Source: Candidatus Moraniibacteriota bacterium
GTDB lineage: Bacteria > Patescibacteriota > Minisyncoccia > Moranbacterales > UBA2206
NCBI GenBank assembly: GCA_049297495.1
Contig: JBAQUL010000014.1
Location: 6,359 to 70,358 of the forward strand
Length of the DNA: 64,000 nucleotides
Direction: 5' to 3'
The stretch's first letter is position 1, and every line of letters begins with the position of its first letter. Positions 18,472 through 27,255 of this stretch are shown piece after piece. The notes beneath the pieces were generated by a model. That model was given only the letters and a program-made list of their open reading frames with translations, had not been told where the DNA came from and made no database searches. The position numbers and the translations under genes were made by a program.

Positions 18472-19053
18472 TTATTTCATCGTAAAAACTTTCATTAGTG
18501 AACGATGCCGGCTTTCGATTTTTTTCTTGGCAAATGGAAAAAATATTTTTTTATTATAATCCCGATCTAATTTTTCCAACGCACCTTCGTTATAGTCTTT
18601 CGCTGGCACCTCCCCCGTTGTCGCAATTCTCAGATAAAAATCGTTTTCATAATGCGACATTGCATCGGCAGAGGCTAATATTTTGCCTTCGAGTGTTTCA
18701 GGAAGGATGCTGTAGCAAGCATGCGAAAGAATTATCTCTTTCACTTTCAAAATAGTTTTAGCATCATAGCCAAAATCTTTCAGAACTTTTTCCGCTTCCC
18801 TAGCTCCAATTTTCTGATGATCCCCTTCAATATTTCTAACCCTTTGCAAATCATGCAGCCAAACACCCAAAAGGACGACTTCTCTATTTGCCTTAGGCAA
18901 GTTATTTAGCAAAAACTTAGCCGCTTTTTCAACAGCCAATAAATGATTTTCATAGAACCAGTTGTTGGCACCCATAAATTCATCACACTCTTTTTTCACT
19001 AATTGTTTGATTTTGTTGATTTTATCCATTGGTTTGAAATCATCCTTTCTCAA
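18472..19053 (-). CDS. HD-domain phosphohydrolase
   Basis: The H...HD...H...D motif (WLHDLQR) is present. Confidence 0.6.
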   Translation of the reverse strand: MRKDDFKPMDKINKIKQLVKKECDEFMGANNWFYENHLLAVEKAAKFLLNNLPKANREVVLLGVWLHDLQRVRNIEGDHQKIGAREAEKVLKDFGYDAKTILKVKEIILSHACYSILPETLEGKILASADAMSHYENDFYLRIATTGEVPAKDYNEGALEKLDRDYNKKIFFPFAKKKIESRHRSLMKVFTMK

Positions 19054-19373
19054 TAAAGATTCCTAAATTTTAGTTCATCAATAATCGCTCCGTAAAATGA
19101 TGGGCGACTAACCACAACATCCTCTGAATAATTATTTATCCGCTCAATCAGTTCATTGTCGGAATAACCACTAACAACCAAGTCTCTTTTTTTATCAATA
19201 GTATCTTGTCCGAATGAACGCACATTCGCACATTTCAGCGCATTCAATATCTCGAAAACTTCGGTTAATTTTAGGAGATTTAAACCGGCAACCCTTCTGT
19301 CTTTGTTTTCTCTGGGACTTAGTTCTTCTGCATTGCTCTTTTTTGGACCTGGAAATTCAAATAGTTTAGCCAT
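19050..19373 (-). CDS. Hypothetical protein
   Basis: 107-aa ORF whose stop overlaps the HD gene start, suggesting an operon. No recognisable domain. Confidence 0.35.
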   Translation of the reverse strand: MAKLFEFPGPKKSNAEELSPRENKDRRVAGLNLLKLTEVFEILNALKCANVRSFGQDTIDKKRDLVVSGYSDNELIERINNYSEDVVVSRPSFYGAIIDELKFRNLY

Positions 19374-19403
19374 ATATTCAATTTATTTTTCCACTATATC
19401 ATT

Positions 19404-20585
19404 CTAAATACACTTCTCAAAAATATCCAATCCGCTTTTGGCTGTTTTTTGATCGATATTTAAGGCCGGGAAAAGTGTGATTATGTTTTGACTAAGTGTC
19501 GCAAAAATTAGACCACTTTTCCTGCACTTCTCGACAAGCTCGCTTGCATAATTCGCATCACTAAATTCAATCCCAATTGCCAGTCCTTTTATTCGTATTT
19601 CTGCTTTATGCCTAAAAGACATTTTCCCTAACCGTTCTTTAAAATATTTCTCCATTTCAATCACATTCCCCAGGATTCTTTTTTCATTTTTCAATAGATA
19701 TTGCAGATTAGCAATCGTTGCCTCAACACTAAGCGGATGCCAGCCAAAGGTCGAATAGAAACTAAAATCAAACTCCATGGACCTGGCAACTTCTTTGGTC
19801 ATAATCGCTACGCCCAATCCTCCATATCCGCCAGTCAATCCCTTGGCGAGGCACATGATATCAGGATCTAAATCATAATATTCCGACGCAAACATTTTTC
19901 CTGTTCTTCCAAAACCAGTCGCTACCTCATCTATAACAAACAGTGTGCCATATTTCTTGCAAAGCTTCTGCGCTTTTTGCATAAATTCTTTTTTGGGAAT
20001 AACGACACCGAGATTACAAATTATCGGTTCCATCACAAAAGCAGCAATGTCTTTTTGCGCCAGTAATTTTTCCACTTTTACCAAAGCTTTTTCATCCAGT
20101 GGCGGGTTGATTTTATTACAATGAAACAAAAGGTTTTTATACCACTTTCGAAAATCAGACATTCCGATACTCATCGCCCCAATAGAGTGCCCGTGATAGC
20201 TCCCCTCAATTGAAATAAACTTATGTCTTTTGGTGTGCATCATCGCCGCCTGCATCGCAATTTCAACCGCTTCCGTCCCACCAGTTGCGCGAAAACTTTT
20301 TTCCAGTCTCCCTGGTGTCATTTTTGCCAAAAGCTCAGCCAGCTGCGCCCATGGCGCATAGAGATAGGATGGCAAAACATAATCGGGGCCAGCATAGTTT
20401 TTCAGTCTTTTTTTGACTTCCTTATTCCCCCAACCAATATTTCCCACACACCAACCCATCAGAAAATCAATATATCTTTTCCCACTCGCATCAACGAGAT
20501 AATTGCCATCAGAACTGACAATCTCCAATTGCTCAGCTGGAACATCCCTGCCTAGGTATTTTTCGTCTTTTTGTTGGATACTCAT
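19404..20585 (-). CDS. Class-III PLP-dependent aminotransferase (acetylornithine/GABA aminotransferase family)
   Basis: DEVATGFGRTGKMFA signature with PLP-binding Lys. Confidence 0.85.
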   Translation of the reverse strand: MSIQQKDEKYLGRDVPAEQLEIVSSDGNYLVDASGKRYIDFLMGWCVGNIGWGNKEVKKRLKNYAGPDYVLPSYLYAPWAQLAELLAKMTPGRLEKSFRATGGTEAVEIAMQAAMMHTKRHKFISIEGSYHGHSIGAMSIGMSDFRKWYKNLLFHCNKINPPLDEKALVKVEKLLAQKDIAAFVMEPIICNLGVVIPKKEFMQKAQKLCKKYGTLFVIDEVATGFGRTGKMFASEYYDLDPDIMCLAKGLTGGYGGLGVAIMTKEVARSMEFDFSFYSTFGWHPLSVEATIANLQYLLKNEKRILGNVIEMEKYFKERLGKMSFRHKAEIRIKGLAIGIEFSDANYASELVEKCRKSGLIFATLSQNIITLFPALNIDQKTAKSGLDIFEKCI

Positions 20586-20594
20586 AATTAAACA

Positions 20595-21323
20595 TTACCT
20601 GTTAGGAATAATTTTGTTATTGTTTTCAAGTAAATCTAATCTATGCTCAATATTACTAAAACTTTCACTACTTACAATGCAAGTATTTTTAATAAAACCA
20701 TCAAAACCCGCCCAAAGAAAAAGATACGGAATTGAAGCTATAAAAACACCTAATAACAAAAGATTCCAAAAATACCTACTAAAATACTCCTCTGGAAATA
20801 CTATCTTTCTGTCTTCTTTGGTAGCAACCCATTTTTGAGAAAAATAATCAAGTAATATCACGAACCCAGATAAGCAAGAAAAAATAATCAAACTAAAACC
20901 TGCGATCCTCCAAAAATCACATACATAACGTAGAATCTGAATCTCTATCGAAATAAATGTAAAAATTGAAACGAAAAGACCAATGAAAGTAACCCACTGA
21001 GTTTTTGTTTTTTCTATTTGTTTATTTGACTTGTAAATATCGGCCTTTAATTCATCATTCTCCGCAGTTAAATCCTTCATGTTCGCAGAGATTTTATCTA
21101 AAATATTGCTACTGCCTTTTTCGCTATCCCAGTCTAGCTGTTGCTTAATCTTACCAATGTCCCCCTGCATTTTCGAAAATTCCTTGAGCATCTCCTGCTG
21201 GACTTCATCGCTAAACTGGGAAACTGAATCTACCTTACCTTTTATGTCTTCGTCCAAAAAAACACCTGATAAGGCGGTAGATGATTTGCTATATACTTCT
21301 TTTGATTTGTTCTTTTTCTGCAT
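20595..21323 (-). CDS. Hypothetical protein with an N-terminal coiled coil and a C-terminal 4-TM domain
   Basis: 242 aa. Coiled-coil/charged N-terminal half, then four hydrophobic helices. Confidence 0.4.
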   Translation of the reverse strand: MQKKNKSKEVYSKSSTALSGVFLDEDIKGKVDSVSQFSDEVQQEMLKEFSKMQGDIGKIKQQLDWDSEKGSSNILDKISANMKDLTAENDELKADIYKSNKQIEKTKTQWVTFIGLFVSIFTFISIEIQILRYVCDFWRIAGFSLIIFSCLSGFVILLDYFSQKWVATKEDRKIVFPEEYFSRYFWNLLLLGVFIASIPYLFLWAGFDGFIKNTCIVSSESFSNIEHRLDLLENNNKIIPNR

Positions 21324-21326
21324 AGA

Positions 21327-22025
21327 TTAAATATTCGGGAAATCCTTTATAAAATCACACGTCCTGTCAATTGCATAACTAATTATCTCATTAAAATTGT
21401 CTGCTTTTAGATGAGCGGAATCCATTATTTCCGCGATAGTATTTATGTCTGTTTGAATAATTATTATATTTCCTCCCTTGCCATCAATCGTGACTAAATT
21501 ATTCATTTCAAAGTTTCCAGAGTTACCAGCTCGGTTAAAGCGAAATGACAGTTCTTTTGGCTTATTAAATTTATTACTTTGAATAAACTCCTTTTTTAAA
21601 TAGTTATTAGCAGTTTCATCTTCTTCATCTAATGTTATCTCGGCCACAACAATAAATCCAATTCTGGCTACTTCTATTGCTTCGTTAACTAAAAAATTAA
21701 AAATATTTAAGGCGTTATTTTTTTGTGTTTCCAGTAGCACGCTAATATTTTCAAAAGCAGAATCGACTTCAGGAATATTATAAAAAACGTCCGACCTAAC
21801 AGGCGAAACATTGCAACTAAATTTACCATCTAAACTATTCAACACAAACCTTGGAAATTCTGGAGGAGCGTTGCTTGGAATAGGCAGCTGATTTGGCAGC
21901 GCATTAAAAATTGAGCGGGCGTGTTCATTGATTTTTGTCAGCAACTCAGCTCTTCTGACATCATCATTTATACTAAAATTTCTAGTAAAAATTGCGGTTT
22001 GAATTTGTTTAATTTTTTTCTCCAT
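21327..22025 (-). CDS. Hypothetical protein (start placed at the internal Met MEKKIKQ to avoid overlap with the upstream gene)
   Basis: ORF 21327..22082 in the track. No domain recognised. Confidence 0.35.
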   Translation of the reverse strand: MEKKIKQIQTAIFTRNFSINDDVRRAELLTKINEHARSIFNALPNQLPIPSNAPPEFPRFVLNSLDGKFSCNVSPVRSDVFYNIPEVDSAFENISVLLETQKNNALNIFNFLVNEAIEVARIGFIVVAEITLDEEDETANNYLKKEFIQSNKFNKPKELSFRFNRAGNSGNFEMNNLVTIDGKGGNIIIIQTDINTIAEIMDSAHLKADNFNEIISYAIDRTCDFIKDFPNI

Positions 22026-22047
22026 ATATTTTAAAAATTTTTTATTT

Positions 22048-23073
22048 TTATTTCCACCCCTGTCCAATCGCTCTCCAAACAATTTGCTCCTGTGGAATAT
22101 TAATCATTCCTTGTGGAGTTTGTTGTTGGATATTTTGTTGGACTTTTTTAAATTCTAGGGTGATTTCAAAAAATTCACTGTCCAAATCGTTTTCGACAAA
22201 TGCGATTTTGTAGGCTTTTCGGCTGACCGGTCCGTTTCCTCCCATTTCAATTTCCGGATTCCAAATTTCCGTCATTCGCATTTCTTTGTTATATTCCACA
22301 TAAATTTCCGTCATCAAATCAGCTAATTCCTTGTCAGATTCGACTACAGTTTTAATTCCCAATTCCTCCTTGGCTTCTTTGCGTCCAATGTAATATTGAT
22401 GAGAATAGAGATCTTCGGTCAAAAATTTAATAATCTTGTCGACTTCTTCTTCTCTCAGGTGCTCCTTATGACTTTTGAGCAATCTCTTGGCAAGAAGTTT
22501 GATGAGATTATGCGTGCGGTTCACATTGCCCAAGGCCAGAGGATGAATTGATGGATTGCTTTCGACAAATTTATTGAAAATCTTAGTCAGCTCTTCGTCG
22601 CTTTTAATGCCAAATTTGTTTTTAGCTAAATCAAAATAGCTCATCACTTCTTCCACGGAAATTGGAATTCTTGCTTGCGGATTTTGTGGATCAATTGGAT
22701 TGAAAACATTTGAGGTTGATGGATCGATTGGTGAAAGTTCACTCATATCACTCATCACTATTTCATCCGCACCGAGCGAAATCATTGTGGCCGCACTATG
22801 GGCTTTGTAGGGAATGATCACAGAAAATTGATTGCAATATTCGCGAATCATAGAAACCAGGCGCCACGGCACCATAGTATCCCCTCCGGCGCTATACAAA
22901 ACGAGGTCAATCTTTTCTTGTTTTCCGATACGTCGCAATTGAGCGCTAATAACTGGAATAATATCCATGGCTACGCGCGCATTGACTGGTCCTGGTCGGT
23001 CGCTAGTCGCATAGGTAATCACTTTTGATCCGCGCAGCTTCTCAATTTTTTTGATAATTTCTTGTGTATTCAT
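22048..23073 (-). CDS. ClpP/crotonase-fold serine protease of the SDH (PF01972) family
   Basis: N-terminal region LVLYSAGGDTMVPWRLV ... KAHSAATMISLGADEIVM matches the SDH/ClpP-like Ser-His fold. The C-terminal ~200 aa are unknown. Confidence 0.5.
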   Translation of the reverse strand: MNTQEIIKKIEKLRGSKVITYATSDRPGPVNARVAMDIIPVISAQLRRIGKQEKIDLVLYSAGGDTMVPWRLVSMIREYCNQFSVIIPYKAHSAATMISLGADEIVMSDMSELSPIDPSTSNVFNPIDPQNPQARIPISVEEVMSYFDLAKNKFGIKSDEELTKIFNKFVESNPSIHPLALGNVNRTHNLIKLLAKRLLKSHKEHLREEEVDKIIKFLTEDLYSHQYYIGRKEAKEELGIKTVVESDKELADLMTEIYVEYNKEMRMTEIWNPEIEMGGNGPVSRKAYKIAFVENDLDSEFFEITLEFKKVQQNIQQQTPQGMINIPQEQIVWRAIGQGWK

Positions 23074-23272
23074 AGGTTTTTATTAGCTTTTAGTCAGTTA
23101 ATTATCGCATATTGCGGTTTGGATTGCAAGAATTTGAATTATTATAAAATCCACCTCACCCTTTCATCCCCATGCCGATGGGAATGAAATCTCCTTGGTA
23201 AGGAGAGGGAATAAATACAAAAAACACCAACCCCAAGATTGATGCTTTGTTTCCTAGATAACCTCAAAAAAT

Positions 23273-24379
23273 CTAGTGATACTTCCCCATCCCCAAAATT
23301 CCGATGATAATTCCCATCAGCGCTGTGACGGCGGTGAAGATCCAGATGCGCATGGTGACTTTGGTTTCCGGCCAGCCTTTGGCTTCGAAGTGGTGATGAA
23401 TGGGGGCGGCGAGGAATACTTTGCGATGGAAGAATTTTTTGGAAGTCATTTGAATCACCACTGAGCCGGATTCAAGTACATAGATGAAAACAATGATAAA
23501 CAAAACTAGGGTTGAATTGGTGAGCATGGCCACGACGCCCAAGGTCGCACCCAAAGAAATCGCTCCGGTGTCTCCCATGAAAAACCGGGCGGGATGGATG
23601 TTGAACCACAGAAAAGCGAGAAGCGCTCCGGCAATCGCCACGCAAAAAGCGGCCAAGTCCATTTTATTTTGAAAAAAAGCAATGAGACCAAAAGAGCTGA
23701 AAGCGATGAGAAGCACTCCACCATTAAGTCCGTCCAGGCCGTCTGTTTCATTGGAAGAAATTGCGGCAAACAGAATAACGAACATGAAAAGTGGAATGTA
23801 CCAAAACCCAATATTAAAATCCCCCATGGCTGGAACGTGGATGTGGTGCCAATCTAGTTTATAGTAAAACCACCAAGCACCAAGAGCAGAAATGAGAATC
23901 AGCCAGCCAAAACGCGAAAGAAAGCGAATGCCTCCGCCTTTGTTTTTGCCCAGTCCGCGCACGCTCGCCCAATCGTCACAGAAACCCAAGATTCCAGCTG
24001 AAACGAGAGCGAAAAGTGGAAGCCAGACTTGCTTTCTGCTGAGAAAATCGAGACGCGCAAAAAAATTGATCCCCGACCACTGAGCAAATAGAGGGAAAAC
24101 GTAGTGCGAGGCTAAAGCCAGAACTAAAACGGAAAACCAGACCAAAATCCCTCCCATAACAGGCGTACCGCTTTTGTGCTTATGCAGTTCACTGACATAG
24201 GTCAGTTTTTCCCCATCAACCGAATTGGTTTTTATCTTTACCCCAATCTTATATTTATACAAAAAATGGGTCAGGACTGGCGTCAAAAAGAAGGCCAAGA
24301 GAAAAGCCAAAAAACCGGTGAAAAAAACTTTGAGCACATTGAGCACATCGGGAATAGTTTGAATTTGCGCTAGTTCCAT
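23273..24379 (-). CDS. mraY: Phospho-N-acetylmuramoyl-pentapeptide transferase
   Basis: NETDGLDGLNGG, FMGDTGAISLG and the MraY-specific PIHHHFEAKGWPETKV motif. Confidence 0.8.
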   Translation of the reverse strand: MELAQIQTIPDVLNVLKVFFTGFLAFLLAFFLTPVLTHFLYKYKIGVKIKTNSVDGEKLTYVSELHKHKSGTPVMGGILVWFSVLVLALASHYVFPLFAQWSGINFFARLDFLSRKQVWLPLFALVSAGILGFCDDWASVRGLGKNKGGGIRFLSRFGWLILISALGAWWFYYKLDWHHIHVPAMGDFNIGFWYIPLFMFVILFAAISSNETDGLDGLNGGVLLIAFSSFGLIAFFQNKMDLAAFCVAIAGALLAFLWFNIHPARFFMGDTGAISLGATLGVVAMLTNSTLVLFIIVFIYVLESGSVVIQMTSKKFFHRKVFLAAPIHHHFEAKGWPETKVTMRIWIFTAVTALMGIIIGILGMGKYH

Positions 24380-24387
24380 AATATTAT

Positions 24388-24531
24388 GACTTACACATTT
24401 ACCAAAAACAATCTTTAAAGCGCGTGGCTGTTTGTGGTTTGTTTTTTGCTTATTTTAACCCCTAAAACCATTAAAGTTTTCGGGATTAATCCTGGCTACA
24501 AAAAAGCTTATTCTTGGCAAACGTGTAAGTC
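24388..24531 (+). repeat. MITE-like element family F5 (GACTTACGCGTTTACCAAAAACAA...TTGCTTTTGGCAAACACATAAGTC terminal inverted repeats), copy 1
   Basis: 144 nt with ~24-bp terminal inverted repeats. Other copies at 56415-56559 (same orientation) and 59255-59398 (inverted). Confidence 0.7.
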
Positions 24532-24557
24532 CTTAGTGTTACAAGACTTTTTTAAAT

Positions 24558-25610
24558 CTACTTCCATTCATAGTTATTATAAACCCAATTCAAAAGCACC
24601 TTCATATTATCCCAACGCTTTTCATCATTAAGCAGCACGGTGATCACTTTGTGCTTGCCGGTCGGGTCAGTCGATCCCATGAGCAAGGATTTTCCGGCCA
24701 GCGGAGTGAAACCGGTTTTTCCACCTAAGCAGTTCGAGATGTTGCCCAAAAGCAAGTCAGTGTTTTTCAAAAGATGCATATATTTTCCATCAGTCGAATA
24801 GAACTGGCCTTCGGTTATTTTCATTGTATCCCAAATCAAATCATATTTCAAAGAAGCAGCTCCGATTCTAGCGATATCATAGGCAGAAGAATAGCATTCA
24901 TTTTCCCTTCCATCAATTTCTAGTCCGGAAGGAGTACAAAAATGCGTATCAACCAAGCCCAAATCTTTCGCCCGTTGATTCATTCTTTCCACAAATTTTT
25001 CCGGTGTTCCTGCGATATGAATCGCGAGCGATGTCGCGGCGTCATTAGCACTGTTGAGAAGCATCGCTTTGAAAAGATCGATGGCCCGCACCTTCTCACC
25101 GACATACATCCGGTTCCCATTGCAAAATACACTGGTCGGACAACCCACCACCGTCCCCGCAACATTCAAGCCTTCTTTTTTTATCACAACTTCTTCATTA
25201 AAATCCTTGATGTTTTCCACCGCCAAAATTGCCGTCATTATTTTTGTCAGTGACGCAATTTGGGTCTGCTTTCTCCCATCATCATAATGCAAGATTGTTC
25301 CACTATCAACATCAATCGCTACCGAAGAACCGGCCCACATTTTCAAATCAGTACAACTAGGTTTTCTTTTTGGCACCAAACCGGAACCAGCCAAGTTAAA
25401 AGGAGAATACTCTTTTTTCTGTGTCGCCTCAAAATCCCTCGTGACACCATCCCCGGCCACGACCCGAGTTTCTTCTTCACCTAAAACTTTCTGCCCGCCA
25501 CTATTAGCAAAGACGTCATTCTTTATCCGATTAAATTCGCCCGAAATATCCCCAGAAAAAAGACTGGGCAAAAATAGGAAAAATAGAATTGTAGCTATCA
25601 CATTAAACAT
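24558..25610 (-). CDS. dacA: D-alanyl-D-alanine carboxypeptidase (peptidase S11, PBP5-like)
   Basis: SLTKIMT (SxxK), LLNSAND (SxN) and KTG-like motifs, with a signal peptide. Confidence 0.8.
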   Translation of the reverse strand: MFNVIATILFFLFLPSLFSGDISGEFNRIKNDVFANSGGQKVLGEEETRVVAGDGVTRDFEATQKKEYSPFNLAGSGLVPKRKPSCTDLKMWAGSSVAIDVDSGTILHYDDGRKQTQIASLTKIMTAILAVENIKDFNEEVVIKKEGLNVAGTVVGCPTSVFCNGNRMYVGEKVRAIDLFKAMLLNSANDAATSLAIHIAGTPEKFVERMNQRAKDLGLVDTHFCTPSGLEIDGRENECYSSAYDIARIGAASLKYDLIWDTMKITEGQFYSTDGKYMHLLKNTDLLLGNISNCLGGKTGFTPLAGKSLLMGSTDPTGKHKVITVLLNDEKRWDNMKVLLNWVYNNYEWK

Positions 25611-25660
25611 GCAAAAATAACATCGTTAGCGAAATTTATTAGTAATCACTGCTCGCCGTG

Positions 25661-26272
25661 TCAAAGATTTTCCCCATCAGCTGGCAGTTTTTCATTTTCA
25701 GGAGCTTCTGTGGTGGGTTCAGTTTGCTTCTCCGGAGCAGAAACACCACCCTCCTCTATTTTTTTATTTAAGGTTTCCCAATCTGGCAATTTTTCCACGC
25801 TATCCATCCCCAATTTTTTCAAAAAATCAAATGAAATATTGTAGAGATAGCGCCGATTGTCTTTGATATTTTCCGTTCTGTCCAATAGCCCACGGATAAG
25901 CAACGCTCTCAAAGTAAAGCTGCAATTCACACCTCTAATTGCTTCGATCTCTGCGCGTGTGATTGGTCCTCGATAAGCCACAATTGACAACACTTCTAGC
26001 GCAGCTTGGCTCAAATTTTCTTGAATTTCGCTTTTCACCAGTTCAGCCACAAATTCAGCATTATCGGGATTGGAAGCCATCTGGATTGTATCTTTAATTT
26101 TAATAATTCGCAACCCTCGACCCTTTGCATAGTCCTCAGCAAGGCCAGAAATGGCCGCTTCCACTTCCGCCTCAGTAGCATCAGCAACTTTTGCCAATTT
26201 AGTTAACCCCAATGGTTCACCACTGACAAAAAGGATACTTTCAATAATTGATTTTAGTTTTTCTGGATCCAT
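25661..26272 (-). CDS. scpB: Segregation and condensation protein B
   Basis: SIIESILFVSGEPL N-terminal motif and two winged-helix repeats. Downstream of scpA. Confidence 0.85.
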   Translation of the reverse strand: MDPEKLKSIIESILFVSGEPLGLTKLAKVADATEAEVEAAISGLAEDYAKGRGLRIIKIKDTIQMASNPDNAEFVAELVKSEIQENLSQAALEVLSIVAYRGPITRAEIEAIRGVNCSFTLRALLIRGLLDRTENIKDNRRYLYNISFDFLKKLGMDSVEKLPDWETLNKKIEEGGVSAPEKQTEPTTEAPENEKLPADGENL

Positions 26273-26320
26273 AATATTTTATAACTTATTTTTATCGGTT
26301 AAGATAATTTTTGTTTATAT

Positions 26321-26467
26321 CCCCTTCTCCATTAGGGAGAAGGTGGCTGAAAGCCGGATGAGGGTGCTATGAGTAACATCAATGCTTTTAATTTAACTAT
26401 TAGCTTTATCTGCATAGGTAAAAACCCTCACCTGCCCTACGGGCATCCTCTCCCGGAGGGAGAAGAG
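26321..26467. repeat. Structured palindromic element family F2 (CCCCTTCTCCATTAGGGAGAAGG...CTCCCGGAGGGAGAAGAG), copy A
   Basis: ~150 nt between scpA and scpB with conserved hairpins and a covarying long-range stem. Other copies at 41512-41673 and 60180-60333. Confidence 0.7.
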
Positions 26468-26471
26468 AATA

Positions 26472-27182
26472 CTATTCCGTTCCGCTCCGCATACTCAGTT
26501 TAATATCATGAAACAGCTCTTTTTGTTCCACATGAATTATCCGTTGTTTCACCATTTCAAGCATCGCAAGAAAGGACACGATCACATCAATCTTATCCTT
26601 CGCCTGAGCGACTAATTCTGAAAAACAAGTCTCGAGTTTATTGCGCAGCGCAATTTCCAAATCACTGATTCGCTCTTCCAGGGTAACAATCTCACCCACA
26701 ATTTCTTCTTGCAAAACTGACACGACTGGAATTTCCGAAAGCACTTTTTGAAAATAATTTTTCAAATCATAGGCGTTGATGCCTTCTGGCGGATAGAAAA
26801 CTGACCTGATTCCCTGATATGGCGCTTTGGAATATGAGACTTGCTGCGCCATGGCCAATTTCCCAATTTTGGCGGAAATTTCTTTGAACCGCTTATACTC
26901 TGCCAATTGGTGAGCAAGATCCTCAATCTCTTCTTCTTCCTCATCACTAAATTTCAGGATTGGCAAAAGAGCGCGAGATTTAATGAGGATCAGTTTTGCT
27001 GCCACGGACAAAAAATCTGCCAAATTTTCCAGATGGATATTTTTATTATCTTTTATATGCTCCAGATATTGATCAGCTACATGAGCAAGGTTTAGCTCTG
27101 TTATACTCAATTTCTCTTTCTCAATCAATTCTAGGAGCAATTCCAATGGTCCTTCAAATTTTTCCAGCTTTACTTGATACAC
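26472..27182 (-). CDS. scpA: Segregation and condensation protein A (kleisin)
   Basis: ELLLELIEKEKLSITELNLAHVADQYL N-terminal motif. Confidence 0.85.
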   Translation of the reverse strand: MYQVKLEKFEGPLELLLELIEKEKLSITELNLAHVADQYLEHIKDNKNIHLENLADFLSVAAKLILIKSRALLPILKFSDEEEEEIEDLAHQLAEYKRFKEISAKIGKLAMAQQVSYSKAPYQGIRSVFYPPEGINAYDLKNYFQKVLSEIPVVSVLQEEIVGEIVTLEERISDLEIALRNKLETCFSELVAQAKDKIDVIVSFLAMLEMVKQRIIHVEQKELFHDIKLSMRSGTE

Positions 27183-27255
27183 AAATTATATACTAACAAT
27201 TTAACTCTCCCATTTTAGCATCTTTTCTCCAATACTGCCAAATCACCAATTTTTT

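Noticed and set aside
23160-23220. Hairpins ttcatccccatgccgatgggaatgaa and ctccttggtaaggag between mraY and the protease gene as another repeat family or terminator
   Set aside because: Only one copy was seen in the window and there is no clear T-tract, so this is insufficient support.
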